A DNA stretch of 64,000 bases from Antedon mediterranea (Eukaryota; Animalia; Echinodermata), in the NCBI RefSeq assembly GCF_964355755.1, contig NC_092675.1, positions 24,710,912-24,774,911 of the forward strand. Reading direction: 5' to 3'. A model generated the notes under the pieces. It made no database searches. It saw only the letters and a list, made by a program, of their open reading frames with translations, and was not told where the DNA came from. The position numbers and the translations under genes are program-made. Positions 41,033-54,931 of the stretch are shown here, in pieces (the stretch's first letter is position 1; each line of letters starts with the position of its first letter).

Positions 41033-41077
41033 CTGCAGACAGTACTGTTTCGATCTTATTAGATCTCGTCAGTGCAG
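41033..41077 (-). ncRNA. Type I hammerhead ribozyme
   Basis: Reverse complement: CUGCA-CUGACGA-GAUCU(AAUA)AGAUC-GAA-ACAGUACUGU-C^UGCAG. Intact core, palindromic stem III. Confidence 0.9.
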
Positions 41078-41126
41078 CTTAGGTTTCGAAATGAAATGTA
41101 CCGCAGAACTGGCACAATATAGGCTT

Positions 41127-41163
41127 GCACTGATGAAGGGCTATTGTTGCCCGAAAGCTCTGC
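41127..41163 (+). ncRNA. Minimal type I hammerhead ribozyme variant (dimer type)
   Basis: GCA-CUGAUGA-A-GGGC(UAUUGUU)GCCC-GAA-AGCU-C^UGC. Palindromic AGCU replaces stem III. Confidence 0.75.
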
Positions 41164-43952
41164 TAACTTTTCTGGCTGTTTTACTTCTCGTTTTGATTTA
41201 GCTTTTCGCTTTTATTTTGTATCTTCATTGAGATCCAGCCACTGATACCCACAGCATTGTCATTTTTTCAGTAATTTGCCTTTGGATTTATATATAGGAA
41301 AATTTATATATATATAAGTATATATATATATTGTCCAAAAAATGACAAGTATTATGTAAAAAAAAATTGAATATACAGTAAAGAGATAGAGTAGGCCTAA
41401 TTGAAAACAAGGCAGAAAGCAATGATGATAACAGACAATAGGTGATAAGTCTCACCCATATACAAGACAAGGAACGAAATATGATTAAACGTATTTCCAT
41501 TCAGAATCAATGTTTCTCTTGTTTGCCTGTATGTGTATGACTATTATTTCCATGAATGTCTCAGTATACAAGCTGAACAGACAGACAAAGCAGAAATATA
41601 ACTCATATAAGAGCCTACTAAATTGCGCTATGTTGGCCGAATTATTTTCAAAGAACTTTTAAAGGTCTGGCGAAGTAAGAGGAAATGACGAACGATCAAT
41701 CATGGCTAATTTAACATGATGCATACGTTTGCACTCATTTATTTAATGATGAAAACCTGTCTCATAAGGTGCATGCATTTATATTTGTTTATATTGCATA
41801 GCATTATTTAAACACCATGTCGTCAAAATGACATCATTATGACTTCCGTTTCGAGAATCGTAAACGTTTTAAATTTTCGAAGAAAATTATGCAGACTGAG
41901 CGGGAGACTGAGTAACTTTTGTGTAATTTTCGTGTTCGCGTAATGAGACATGAAATCCAGTGAAATCTGGAGGATGAGTAACTTTCGCGAGCAACTCGCG
42001 TCTGCGTTAAAAGTTTGTAATTGTTCAAAACTGTAGGCCATTTCAACATCTTCAAAAGTAGCGAAGAGGTACATCTCTCGATCTCTTGAATTAGGCCTAC
42101 CTCCTTTGTAATATTATGACTTTTAACTGTAGTATTATTCTCTGGGCCAAATATCTAAATTAGTAATTGTTTGCCTTTAAACGGTCATTTTTCGGCAAGT
42201 TAATTCTAAGTAGGTTAGGCTGCAGAGAGGCCGAACACACCAGCAGGTAAGTTCCACTAATATTTGGCTATATAATATAAAAAATATACTGTAGCCTTTT
42301 ATATCGGTGAAATATAACATTTGACATTCCCTTGGAAATTATATTTTTCTCTCGGGATTATATTTTCCCTCAGCTTCGCTTAAAAAAAAATATAGCCTTT
42401 TCTTTCGGAAATCAAAAGTTAATTCACCTCTAAGCAGGCAATATGTTGTATAATAATATTGAAATCTCAATTTCACGTAATATAATTTTTTTTTGAAAGA
42501 ATCAATTCAAACAAAATATCTGGAATATCTTTGATCTTTGTTTGAATATTCATGTAATCAGCATAAAGTAGCGATAAAGTGGAATGTTAAATATGAATTA
42601 TTAAAATGTATTATTTTGTAATAAAAAACGAGCATTTATTTTATTTTGTGATAAAAAATTATACAAAATACTGTTTAAATGCGACAAAAACAATAGTATC
42701 CATGGGTATGTTATCTGGATCATGATACTATTTATCACCATTTCAACAATTATAAAATTGCCTAATTACTAACTGCGGTTATAATATCATACAGCAGGTA
42801 TAGTTATTTCTCATGTGAATATCTTCAGCTGTTATTTAATCTAATCAGTATTAAGTGAAATATCTTGGTAATTAGTATTTGCCAAATAGAAGATAGTATG
42901 AGTGTTTACTTCCAATATCATACAACATACAAGCATGATCTCAACAGTATTTTATTTCAGCTGTTTTTGCAACTTCAATACTATTAACTATAGTATCATT
43001 ATGTGTCTACTTTAAGGGCTCAAAGTAACTTTAAGTCCACTAATCATATGTAATAACTTAATTCTTCATTAATATTGGTCGCTCAGGTAAACGAGATTCC
43101 AGTTTTTACATTGGTTGTTCAGGTTTCCAAAATGTACTATTGTGGTTGTATACGGGCAATCCACTCGTTGTAGATGCGGAATTGCTAATTAAGACGAATA
43201 ATCTAATCCATATAGTTAATGGAAAACTATATGCGTATAGACAAAAAGCTTTCAGATTTAAGTAAAGCATGATAGTTACCTGTCAGAATATATATAAACA
43301 ATTTCCGTTGTGCTGTGATGAATTGTGTTCAGAGGGAGATATCTATCGGAAAAACAAAATACACGCCCATGATTTAAATATATCCTATATCGTTGGCTAT
43401 AGTCACCAAAATGGTGTTTAACATTATTATTTTGTGATTGTTTTACTACGTGGATTTAGACCAAATTTTAAACGGACACATTACATCTTATTGAATTGGG
43501 CTGATAGTAACTACATGAAAAAAGCTATACCCAGTTTGAATCATTACATGTGTTTAAGCAAAGATTAGTGCCGCTACACTCTATTTAACACTGCTCCCGC
43601 TAGGAAATCTAACGGCTAAGGGGAAAAGTTAAACAATATTTAATACTATTTAATAAGCACATTACTAGACTAGATTAAACTTACTTTGACTAGATTAGGC
43701 AATTTAAGTCCTGTTTTATTGATTTTTAAAATAGTAACAATTGTTACTATTTTACTCGTATTAGTTTAAATTATTTTGAATAAATATTGTGTATTCCGAT
43801 CTGATTATAATTATTGTGTGTAATTATTGTAGGACAATATATTATTAGAGATATATTAGCAATATGATTTGTTTTTAATTTGTAAACTTTCCATTTGTTC
43901 GGACTGTTCACCTGAATGGCGTCCAAGTTATTTACATTGAACCAAACATAAG

Positions 43953-44025
43953 GTGTCTAAGTAGTTTAATGGTAATGGATGTATACATCAAGCATGATTC
44001 CGGGTTCGAATTTCGGTTGGAGCAG
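43953..44025 (+). mobile_element. Degenerate tRNA-derived SINE head
   Basis: A-box-like tagtttaatgg and B box ccgggttcgaatttcgg; does not fold as an intact tRNA. Confidence 0.45.
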
Positions 44026-45319
44026 CTTTTTCTAACTTTCACGGATATTCTTCACCGTCTAGTTTTCTTAGATAATGTCTAAAGGTAATCGTATGTTGCA
44101 ATCATTAGCATTCAATTATAATGGATTCTCTATATGTTGATAAACATCAATTACTTGAAAGCTTTTTGCCTCGAATATTCTTAATTGTGCTTTATAAAGC
44201 CGCCTTCAACGTTTTCGCATAATACGTTACGAACACTTAATTGTGTATACTGTCACTACCTATACTGTGTCATTATCATTTTTACGTTTCTACATTTATA
44301 GAAAATCACGTTTTTTGTTGAAAATAGGCTTAAAAACGTGATTAGGATGTTGGACATTTGATGATATTCTTCCATTCGACAAGTGTTATTGGTTCGAAAC
44401 AACTGGAAACACCGTTTCTATTTTATAGATGTCTGTAATGAAATAGATTACGTTTACAGTAAAACAAACCATCACTTCAGTTTACAATAGGCCTCCTACT
44501 GCTCGTCGAGCGAGTTTTTGGAAACTTATTTACAATAATGATTCCATTCCCTGATAAAATACAATATCTATTCACCATCTAACCCTTAAGCCTTTTGTAA
44601 ATTCCAGACATTAGTGGGAGTGTGTAAACATCAATTAATATGTATGCGAAGCATAATTATATTTAATTTAAAAGTAGAGTTGTAGTGATGATGTCATGTC
44701 ACTGTTGCTAGAATTGCTAGAATCAAGATTCATTAATCCGTTTAATGGGTTTGTGGTGTGATAGTCGGCTTCTTTGAGAACTAAAGCACGTAAGACTTAA
44801 TGCTTTAAGCATCGATAATAATGATTGTATTGTTTTCTTCATCAACATCAAATTGGTTATAAGAACTGAGATTTACACCACAAAACAAGCTGAATATTAA
44901 AGTGTGACGCCATATTTCAATAAGTTTCCACAGACAAAATTGGTTTCAGCAGTGCAGAAAATCATTTCGTTATTACAAAACCTTGTTTATAATCACAGCA
45001 AATATTAAAAGGTAAGGAGGTCGCTACTAAAATTTATCATATAGCAAAACTCACGTAGGCCTACTCCAGGCAATGAATACAGGCCATCATGATAGGACAC
45101 TCCTTTCAATTTCTCTTTCTGGCAACACTTTTGTGGAAATAGGATGTCTAGAAAACTAAGACTTAAAATATTTTTGTTTTCTATATCTAGAAAATCAAGA
45201 TATCTTAGGTCTTAGTCACTCGTGGAAATAACCGTCTCGGATCAATTTGTTTACGTGCACACATTTGGAAAAAAAAATTATTTTACGATGATACTGTTCT
45301 TAACCAGCAATAGCAATTT

Positions 45320-45658
45320 ACTGGTGTAAGGGTAATATCGGACTAGCATGTGATAGACATGGGTTTGAGGTTATCTGTACCATACTAATTGCATCCTTAG
45401 GCAAGATGCTTTACGCTCATTGCCTCGTCGGATGGGATGTAAAGCCGTTGGTCCCGTGTACTTAACAGTGCACGTTAAAGAACTTGGTACACTATTCGAA
45501 AAGAGTAGGGATCGTCTCCCGGTGTTCTGATCTGGTAGGCGCTGCACTTCTGGCTGCCGTGGGTCCGTGGAGGGCGTAATCCGAATTTCCTCAGTTTTCC
45601 AATTAAACTTGAGGACCAGTAATAATACATTTAACACATTTAACATTTAACACATTTT
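45320..45658 (+). mobile_element. tRNA-head Deu/Nin-domain SINE (second copy, no 5S part)
   Basis: Highly similar to 8479-8770. A-box-like tggtgtaaggg; (acattta)n tail. Confidence 0.8.
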
Positions 45659-48600
45659 AAAATATCAAAAACTGATAGTGGACAGTACTGTATCACAACC
45701 AGACTTTGTTTGTGGAATGGGCTACCTGTAGATATTAAACTTAATGTCTTTATGTTAATGGCCACTATAAAGCCTAATTTATATTGATAATTCAATTCAA
45801 AATAACATTTAGTTACTTCTTTTTTAAGATTAAAGCAATAATGGAATAAGAAATAACATATACAAATAAAAATAACTGTGGGGTGGGGAGGTGGGTTCGG
45901 AGGGAAAAGGCAGGATCTCAGAAAGATACAGGATCTTGAGTCGGGTTATATATATTCATGTTTTGTTTGTAGGCTTATACTTTGAGTGTTATATGTTATG
46001 TCTTATAGTAACAGTTGTTCTCGTTTGCCTCTTCTTGGTACACTCAACAAAGTGTTTTCCATCAGGGAGGTATAAATACCTCCCATGTTGCTGAAATATA
46101 AAATAATAAAATAGTTAGAGCTTTGTCTGCTGTTTACATAAATAATATAGATTCACAGCATGGCGTTAATTATAATATGTTTGTCAATATTCAATTTCCC
46201 ATAATGTAATTTACATTATTAAGGGACTGTCTTCTAGACTTCGTAATGATAATCATCATAATCGTGTTTTGTAACATGCTACTTAATATTATGCTTCTTT
46301 TGATTTAGCAATTAGATTGAAAAGGTGTGATGAGTAATTCATATTTTTTAATATGTATATGATTTTCTTACAACATGCTTCTTCGCTTACGCGGTGTAGC
46401 AAAAAAACCCAGATATCAATTGCATGTAGGACAACGCTCCCGGTGATTTAGTTTCGTTTAGTTTAGTGAGTTGTGAGAAGTATTTTTGTTGTTCAAAACA
46501 TTATCTATTAGTCAGTCATCTTCTTCCTACTAACAATTTACTGTCATAGATATGTTCTTTAATTAGCTTACGTTGTCATATAATAGTGTACTGTATACGT
46601 ATGTAGAAATTCACCGAATTATTATTAGTGTCTCTAAAAATACAAAGCCATCGGGATTGAAATTAAATCACGACAATGTATTTGGAGAAATCACAATCCG
46701 TAAACAATAACCCACAATCCGTGTCAAACTCATTACCATTTTTTTTACTGTACAGGAGAGGGCGTAGTTACACAAACAGAAGTGGTTTTGGGAAGAGAAC
46801 TTGTAGTTTCATATAATTTAAACAAGGAGTTATCCGCCAAGGTGTGGATTACTAAAAATGTATGTTTATTAAAAGAATGACTTTATATCCGAGTCAGAAA
46901 TATAGTGATACACGATAAGAAAACAGTACAAGATTTATATTCTATTGTACAGAATATCAAGAATAGTATAATTGTTAGGCTTTAAGAGGTTGATTCGGTA
47001 GTTTAAATATTGTAAGTTTGCAATTGTATGATAAATATGTTTATATCTGAAAATGGTATTGTCAGCAGGATTGCCGTGTACAGAAACAACACATGTCTTG
47101 CAAACGAGTGTAAGTCAAATTAATTATGGGAGCATCATCATTTAGGTCATCCATTACCGTACCAAACATTATAATATGGCTATAGTATGTTGGTTGAAAA
47201 CGTTTCGTATATTATGTTTTACAGTTTCATTTAGTCAGTCAGTATAATAATTATATTGTCTTTGTTGAATATGCCATTTTAATTTCACATAACAGTTATT
47301 TACTTTGACCAAAATTTGGATGAAAAAAAACTGTAATTTAAAGCAAAAATAATAAAATTGACTGGCTGTCAGTGTGTTTTTGGCATTTGTTAATTTTTTT
47401 CTAAAGAAGTGAATATCTTTATTAAAACAGTGAAATAACCTATTCAACGTCATTTTTTGTTATCAATCTTCATTGTTCATGTTTTTTGGGGAAAATACAT
47501 CTTTAAATCAATCTCTACATGTTATGTACCCTTTGAATAGCCCGTACAAATGAAGGTTATTATGTCTTCTCAGTAGATAAAGTTACTCAAAATCCGTTTC
47601 TGCAATAACCATAACTAAGTCTCAACATGTCACCATTTCATCATTGTAATGGTAATTACATTCCATTAGCAGATTAGAATCATCACACATCTTCAGTTTT
47701 CTTTTCAGATATTACGATCTTAATTACACTGTTTGATACTAGACTAATAACCTTAATCTTTATTGCAACATGTATCTTATTCGATGACGATTATATTCAT
47801 TGTATAGTTAGTTAAAGGTACAATTAATCTCTCTAATCATGTAGGTTCTATCTGCATGGCATAGATAAACAATCCAACATCATTATGAATACTATATTTA
47901 ACTAAACGTATTCTGTATGGTTTAAATGCGATTTATCCATGAACTGATTTGTAATTCCTGAATCATTTCAGGCAAAAACAGCAGTATAAGAGTTTTTACG
48001 ATTTCCTAATAAATATTCTCAATACAAAATAAAACAAATAACTTAAATCCTGTTGAATAATACTTTAAATTCTATAAACATACAATTGCAGTTTTGAATG
48101 CACTGAAGACTTACTTCAGTAATAAAATGTAATCTCCTACATTAAATGATGCATATTTTACTTGAAATAAAGTTTTATTCAAGACAAAGATAAAAATTAA
48201 CAAATAAAATAATAAAGGAAAAACGATTGTAATTAGCTACCAGAAAATCATAAACCACTGTCGCCAAAATAGGTAGAAAAAAAGTAGAAAAACAAATAGT
48301 AATACGTACTTAAAATGTTTGTATTAAATCTGGTATTTCAGAGAGTATAACCATTTCTGATTGCCAAATGTGGTTGTTGTATGATGCCTAAAAAGTAAGA
48401 AAAGAATGTTGCGTGTTAATATTCTTACGAAATTCTTTATCTAAAAAACCTTTTCCGAATTGAAATAGCACTTTGTAGGCAGTAAAAAAGAAACTTAGGT
48501 CATCAAAGTAAAAGTGGGCAGTTGGAACGCATTCTATATTTCTAACAACACAATGTCATAAAGCATTGGACTATAAGTAACGACGAATTATACAGAAATA

Positions 48601-50796
48601 ATAAATATACCTGACAACCTGCGATACCGCTGATTGCAAGCAAAAGAAATTTGCCTGTTATGTCAAATGCATTTGTGTTCGTATTGAAGACGTTTGAGTC
48701 ACATTTTCCCCTTGAGAATGATGGTAATGTAGAAGAGATTATAATATAAGCAGACAGTAAATCAACGATCAAAAACAATTCCAACACAGAATACTTCTGT
48801 TTACGTGATCTGAAGATGAACGATTTCTTTCTTTAGATTTTGGACAACGTTATAATAACATACTGTTACAAAACCAATAGATACACTTATTATCTGCAAA
48901 TACCATGATTATCATCAGGATGATCATATAAAGACACTTCACTCTCATTTATGGAGTTTGTTTTATCCAATAGGTCTAGTACTTAAATAATGATAATACA
49001 AAGAGCTTTAAAATCACTCCAACGTGTGCTATAAGGTATATTCTGTCCTCATGGTAATACTTGAATGCCATATTATTTGAATAAAAACGCAGATTAATGG
49101 CACACAATATTGGCTTCATGTATTACACATTCTAGGAAATAATGATAGAAGAGAAGCAAACATTTAAACGTCTTTAGTTTTATTGACTTTTCTAGTTGTG
49201 TTTTAACATGGCTGTCATGAAATCAACTTCACAGTATATGAAACAAAGACAACATATAGGTTTACCAAAACTAAATGTCAATGCAATAAAATAATATAAT
49301 GTATGAGAACACGAAGAACACATATACTTTCGCTAGAATGAATAGAATGACGTCTTCACAATATTAACATTAACGAGATTGTATGAGGTTGAGTGTTATT
49401 CAATTGGTGCGAACATAGTCGTCTGGTGATTTGTCTTCTTTCGCACCGTTGGGCAGCAAATGAAATACCACCAACGGCGCTGTTTTAAAGCTGTATTTTC
49501 AAAAAATAGTTAATACAGAATTGTTACTGCGTAAACTGATTACTAGTATTATAGTGCACCTAATATGAAGTACACGTTTTAAATAAACACTGTACGGGAA
49601 TTACAGTCATGTTGTAACTTATAAAGAGTTAATACATGTCAAGTGATTAAAACAGCCAATTGAACTATACAGATATCCTGCAGATATTCTTGTAGCGTCA
49701 TTCTAGCTTGTTTGTTTGCTTCCCTTTTGCTTATTCTAAAACATGTTAAGTGAGCGTTGACAAGTAAAATTACTGATGAAATGTGAGATGAACTGTTCTT
49801 TCCAATTATAGGGTTGCGAATTTTGTAGGATTTAGGAGTAACTTCATATCCCTGGTTTCATAAACCAATGGACTCCAAGCAAAATTTACGATCAAAAACG
49901 TTTTTGTTTATCAGTCAATGCTAGATGTTTATAAATATAACGACAGGTTTTTCTTTATTAAATCATTGAATTGCGTGAATCCTCCTTATAAGTTCTTTGA
50001 CGTTGTTGTATACACTTGTCGTTAGTAGGCCCATAGTTTACGACTAAAAGCTACAGAATGATATTACTTGTATCTCCAGTGTTATTGATAGTTTGATTGA
50101 AATTGCACAGTTCAATCAATCATTTTTCGAAACGGGCAAGATTACCATATTATTTTGTCATGTAAAATGTATTTGTAGAGTGTGTATTTTTTATAAACTG
50201 TACGTTGGTTTAGAACATACGTTGTTTATCAGTTGAATAATCTTATAGTATATCTTATGTATTGGGCATAAATTTACATTACAACATAACATTTCCCGTT
50301 ATTTTTCATCAACGAAGTTATAGTAGCATTGAAATAACAATCTTGAAAAACTATAATTATACTCTTGAAATGTATTTTCTATTGGTTGACGTCCTCTATC
50401 AGAATGTTTATTCTTCAGACGTCATTCGTTCTCATTTACATTAATAGCCGTTGATTTTTCATCAACGAAGTTATAGTAGCATTAAAAAGAACATAAATAA
50501 TAAAATAATAATAAATAATATAAAAGATTATAAATTTAATAATATCCTCAATAATAGCCTAATAAAATGTCTTTAAACAATAAGATATTAATAATGTTGA
50601 TAATAATAATAATAAATAAATATACTTATATAGGCCTATAACTCCATCAAAAGTTAAGTGTTGTACTTTTTCACTATTGTATAATTCATTTCCTTTTCTT
50701 TTTCTTTAAACTTATGAACGCACCGTCATAAAACGTGTGCCGCTGTTCTAAAAGCGTCTGTTCAATAAAGTTATATATATTATTATTGAAATAATA

Positions 50797-51897
50797 GGGT
50801 CAGTCTAATTACCGAAAACAACCGAAAATAACCGAAAACAACCGAAAACAACCATAAACAACCGAAAACAACCGTAAACAACCGAAAACAAACCGAAAAC
50901 AAACCGAAAACAAAATTTAAAAAATCTAAATACCGAAAACAAATTTTGTATAATATTTTTTTTAATGTCGCCCTCTATTGATGGGTGTTTCTAAAGCTAA
51001 GACCATACACAGAGGCGCAAAAATCATGGAAGACCCTACGAAATGGTAGTGTGCACAAAATACAACTAAAAATCGTACAAATTCAATGAAATACACCGTA
51101 GACTACATTTACTTACAAAATCTATAAACACATTTCGTTTTTAGTCTTTTCAAAAACAAAGCATGATTTTACCTAACTTTGCGTTTTCGTCCCCGGTTTC
51201 GTCACTTAAGTGAATACTGAAGCGATTAAGGATAGTATACTTTATAGTCCCTAGTATCTTTGTATAATTTATCTTTGAAAATCTATAATTAAATTGATCA
51301 TGATTAACCATAGTCAATTTACTTTCTATACTATGGATTAACATATTCATAATTATTGTCAAGTCAAGTCAAGTCAAGTATCATTTATTATCATTTGTTT
51401 TAGGAAAAACATAGAAATTCTGTTTGCTCTGTTGGCGGAGCACAATATCCAACGGACACAACACGAACTCAAAAACAAGGAGTAATGCGCTGGTTTCTGG
51501 ATCAAAAATCGAAAGACTAAAATTAAAATATTTTTATAGATTCTGTAAGTAAATGCGATGTTATCAATTGATTGATTGTACGATTTTTAGTTGTATTTTG
51601 TGCACACTGTCATCGTAGGGTCTTCCTTGGCTTTTGCGCGCGCGGTTTTTTGTCTCTGTTATGGTCTTAGATTTAGAAACACCCATCAATAGAGGGCGAC
51701 ATTAAAAAAATATTATACAAATTTGTTTTCGGTATTTAGATTATTTTATGTTGTTTTAGGTTTGTTTTCGGTTCGTTTTCGGTTGTTTATGGTTGTTTTT
51801 GGTTGTTTATGGTTGTTTTCGGTTGTTTGTGGTTGTTTTCGGTTGTTTATGGTTGTTTTCGGTTATTTTCGGTTGTTTTCGGTAATTAGACTGACCG
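50797..51897. mobile_element. Foldback-type DNA element with ~350-bp TIRs and subterminal (accgaaaaca)n arrays
   Basis: ggtcagtctaattaccgaaaa... mirrored by ...ttttcggtaattagactgacc. 10-bp repeat arrays at both ends. Confidence 0.85.
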
Positions 51898-52493
51898 TTG
51901 AAAAGCTATAATTATAATCTTGAAATGTATTTTCTATTGGTTGACGCCCTCTATCAGAATGTTTATTCTTCAGACGTCATTCGTTCTCATTTACATATTA
52001 ATAGCCGTTCGATTTGTCTTTTAAAACTGAAAATCGACTGTTGAGCCTTTCTATATAATTAATTACTTAAAATTGAATACCTATATGCCTACACATGAGT
52101 CAAGAAGTAAATTCGAAAACTGCCTTCTCAGCAAAGTATTTCTGCTTACTTGCTTAAATAAAAAATTAAATTCTAATAATTATAATTCAGTTGTTTGTTT
52201 ATTTATACATCTTTTTTTTTTAAAGAGAGGCCTGTAAAATATTATATATGTAGAGCATGTTTCAATGTTAACTTGTATCCAGATGCATGCAATTAAAGGA
52301 ATTTGAACGTCCACGAATGTTTAGGTATTTCGTGTGTTCACAAAAAGTGAATTAAAAACAGATGTGCGAAGAAGGGGAAAAAACTCACATTTCTCTAATA
52401 ACTGAAGTAAATCAATAATAAGGAAAACTGTTAAATAATAATAACTAATTAGGCCTATTTACATTTGGTTTTTTAACAGACTATTAACTCTCG

Positions 52494-52572
52494 ATGGACG
52501 CAAACGAACGAATTTTTATAAATTCAATGAACAGTTATGGATTTAAAATTACAGTAAGCAAATTGCTGAGAG
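52494..52572 (+). CDS. SYT15: Synaptotagmin-15-like, putative first coding exon
   Basis: Acceptor at 52479. ATG opens MDANERIFINSMNSYGFKITVSKLLR, then a G|GTAGGT phase-1 donor matching the next exon. Confidence 0.55.
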
Positions 52573-54185
52573 GTAGGTAAGTATCATTTCTTATATTTAC
52601 TAATATTATATCTATACTTAACTTACAATGAAACAGAAATCGTAAGTGAGAGAAACGTTGACATGCGAACCTATTTAATATCACTACTTGAACGGTTTGT
52701 GGTGACCAAATTCAATCCAAATTTTTAAATTTCATTTTATTTCATTTATTTCGTCTCACATATAACAAAAAATATAACGAACTAAATCAAACTATCAAGT
52801 GGATACCACAGCATATAAAAAAACTAAATTATCATTATCTGCAGTTCTTTTACGTTTGGTATAAAAAAAATGTAGTCAATGGGCCGCTTGGAATACATAT
52901 ATATTCTTGTCTAATTAGGGACTAAAATACTATTGATCTATGATAAAAAAAAAGTATCTCTATTTACCTAATAGGGTAGATTTTGTGGAAAGTCTGTAAT
53001 TCAATATTTTGTTGTCTACTCTTCTAATAATATTCCATTAAATTACAATTCTTTGAAATTGATAATTTCAGTTTGCATGTATGAAAAATCAACTTAAGAC
53101 GTGACGCTATACACCCAAGATGGCAGAAGGTAAGGATTAAAACAAACAATTCAATAAATGTGTGAGGGAATTGCGAATTTGTCATGGCATTCCATTTTTT
53201 GAAGATACTACAGAGAAAATGCTTTATGAGATAGTAAAATTTAAGTCTGAACGTATGCATAATGTTTTTAAGAGCGTGTTTCACAAGCTTAGAGATGATA
53301 TTGTTTTTTATCAAGATGTTATTTTTTCCAAAATGTTTTCTTCTTAAAGCACCTTCAAGAAAAAGGTAGTAACATTGGCTCTGCAAACTAAAGCGTACAA
53401 TTAGGAACCTAAATTAAAGCACATGCATTTTCAGACATTCGGATTAAATATACGATGTGTCTTACATTTTTCTTGACAATGGTTATAATTTGTATCGTCT
53501 GCATCTGGATTAAAAAAAAAAGGTTTGATAACGTACCTCATCATACGCTATTAGTAAGACTGAAAGAATATGGCACATCTTAATATGCAACATGCCTGGG
53601 TAGCTTTAGGATTAATTATCCGAAGACTCAGTGTTTCGCATATCTTTAAGTGCACCGGTTCAAAGTGGGATACATCAGGATCAATAGATTACCAGGTGCT
53701 ATTAACTCAACTATATTTCCAGATTATTCGCAGAATGATGACCCCTAATTATTTAAGTTTTTGATTTTTACCTTGTAATAAAAACGTATAATTAGACACT
53801 GTATTGCAATAAATGCGACAGGTAGTTTTACAAAATGCGTAAGCCTAATAGAGTACAATAATGAAGTACAATAGACCGTCACAAAAATGCGACAACTTTA
53901 TTCAGATTCGACATGAAATCTAAACGCTTCAGAGGATTCTAACTAACTAATCCGAAGAATTAAAAAGAAAACCAATTATTCAGATAAATATTAGTATAAA
54001 TGATATTTTTCTATGAATTAAATAAGTCGGCAGAGATGCACCTGTTATCGTGGGAATCTGCACAATTTGCGGCGCCAGTGGTAGGGGAGGGACGGATAGG
54101 GTAGGGGTAATTATTCCTCCATTTCTATCAACTAATGTTGTAATATGCACATCTATATATTTTTCAAACCATTGTTTTAACACAG

Positions 54186-54372
54186 CAAATGACGTTGGCC
54201 TAATAATTGGATCTCTGTGTGGAGGATTTGTTATTCTTGGTTTGGTATTCTTATTGTTTCGTATCTATAACAGTCGATGCAGAAGCCAGTCCAAATATGA
54301 ACGTATAGGACCACGGCTAGTTCCCCCTGCTGTTCAGATTGAAAGCAGATGCTTAGCCACACCGTCTATTAA
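54186..54372 (+). CDS. SYT15: Synaptotagmin-15-like, transmembrane exon
   Basis: NDVGLIIGSLCGGFVILGLVFLLFRIY hydrophobic helix. CAG acceptor and GTAAGT donor. Confidence 0.8.
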
Positions 54373-54554
54373 GTAAGTAGCTTTTATTATGCGAATAAAT
54401 ATATCAATATTTTAGGGCTAAATTCGCAACCACTGATGAAACCTTTAATCTATTCCTTTTGTTAGATTGCCTTTTTATGGAAATAGTGACATTTTTCTGA
54501 TCGAATTTTATTCCACTTACTATTGCTTGACAAACTTATATTTCTGTTTAATAG

Positions 54555-54931
54555 CTTGAAAACGGTGCCGTTTATGGTACCAATGTCAACGCCAAGGGAC
54601 CGCAGCCAGACACCTGCAGTTTCTCCAGGATTTACCCAAATTTCAAAGGACCTCTCACCAGAAAACACTGCTGCGTTATCTCGTGAGCGTCGTCTGTCCG
54701 TTCCTGGACCTGAACGCTATAACAATAACGATAGACGGCCGTCTTTCACGGAAAGACGACCTTCTTATACAGAGCAACGTTTACCACTTTACGATGATTT
54801 TGACTCTAGAAGAAGTAGTACTGGATCAATAATAAGTGCATGTAGTGATACGACAGATGGCAGTTCGCCACCACTACACTCACCAGCTCGACGTCTCTCT
54901 TACGTCGGATGTGACGTAACTTCTCCATTAG
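54555..54931 (+). CDS. SYT15: Synaptotagmin-15-like, linker exon
   Basis: LKTVPFMVP...RRLSYVGCDVTSPL open frame; phase 2 to phase 1 is consistent with the neighbouring exons. Confidence 0.8.

Noticed and set aside
41770-42460. Possible Crypton-like non-autonomous element or a SYT15 5' exon (donor cagGTAAGT at about 42247)
   Set aside because: Boundaries and terminal repeats could not be defined, and there is no transcript evidence.
53024-53386. 120-aa and 61-aa overlapping ORFs in a SYT15 intron
   Set aside because: No recognisable domain or compatible splice sites.
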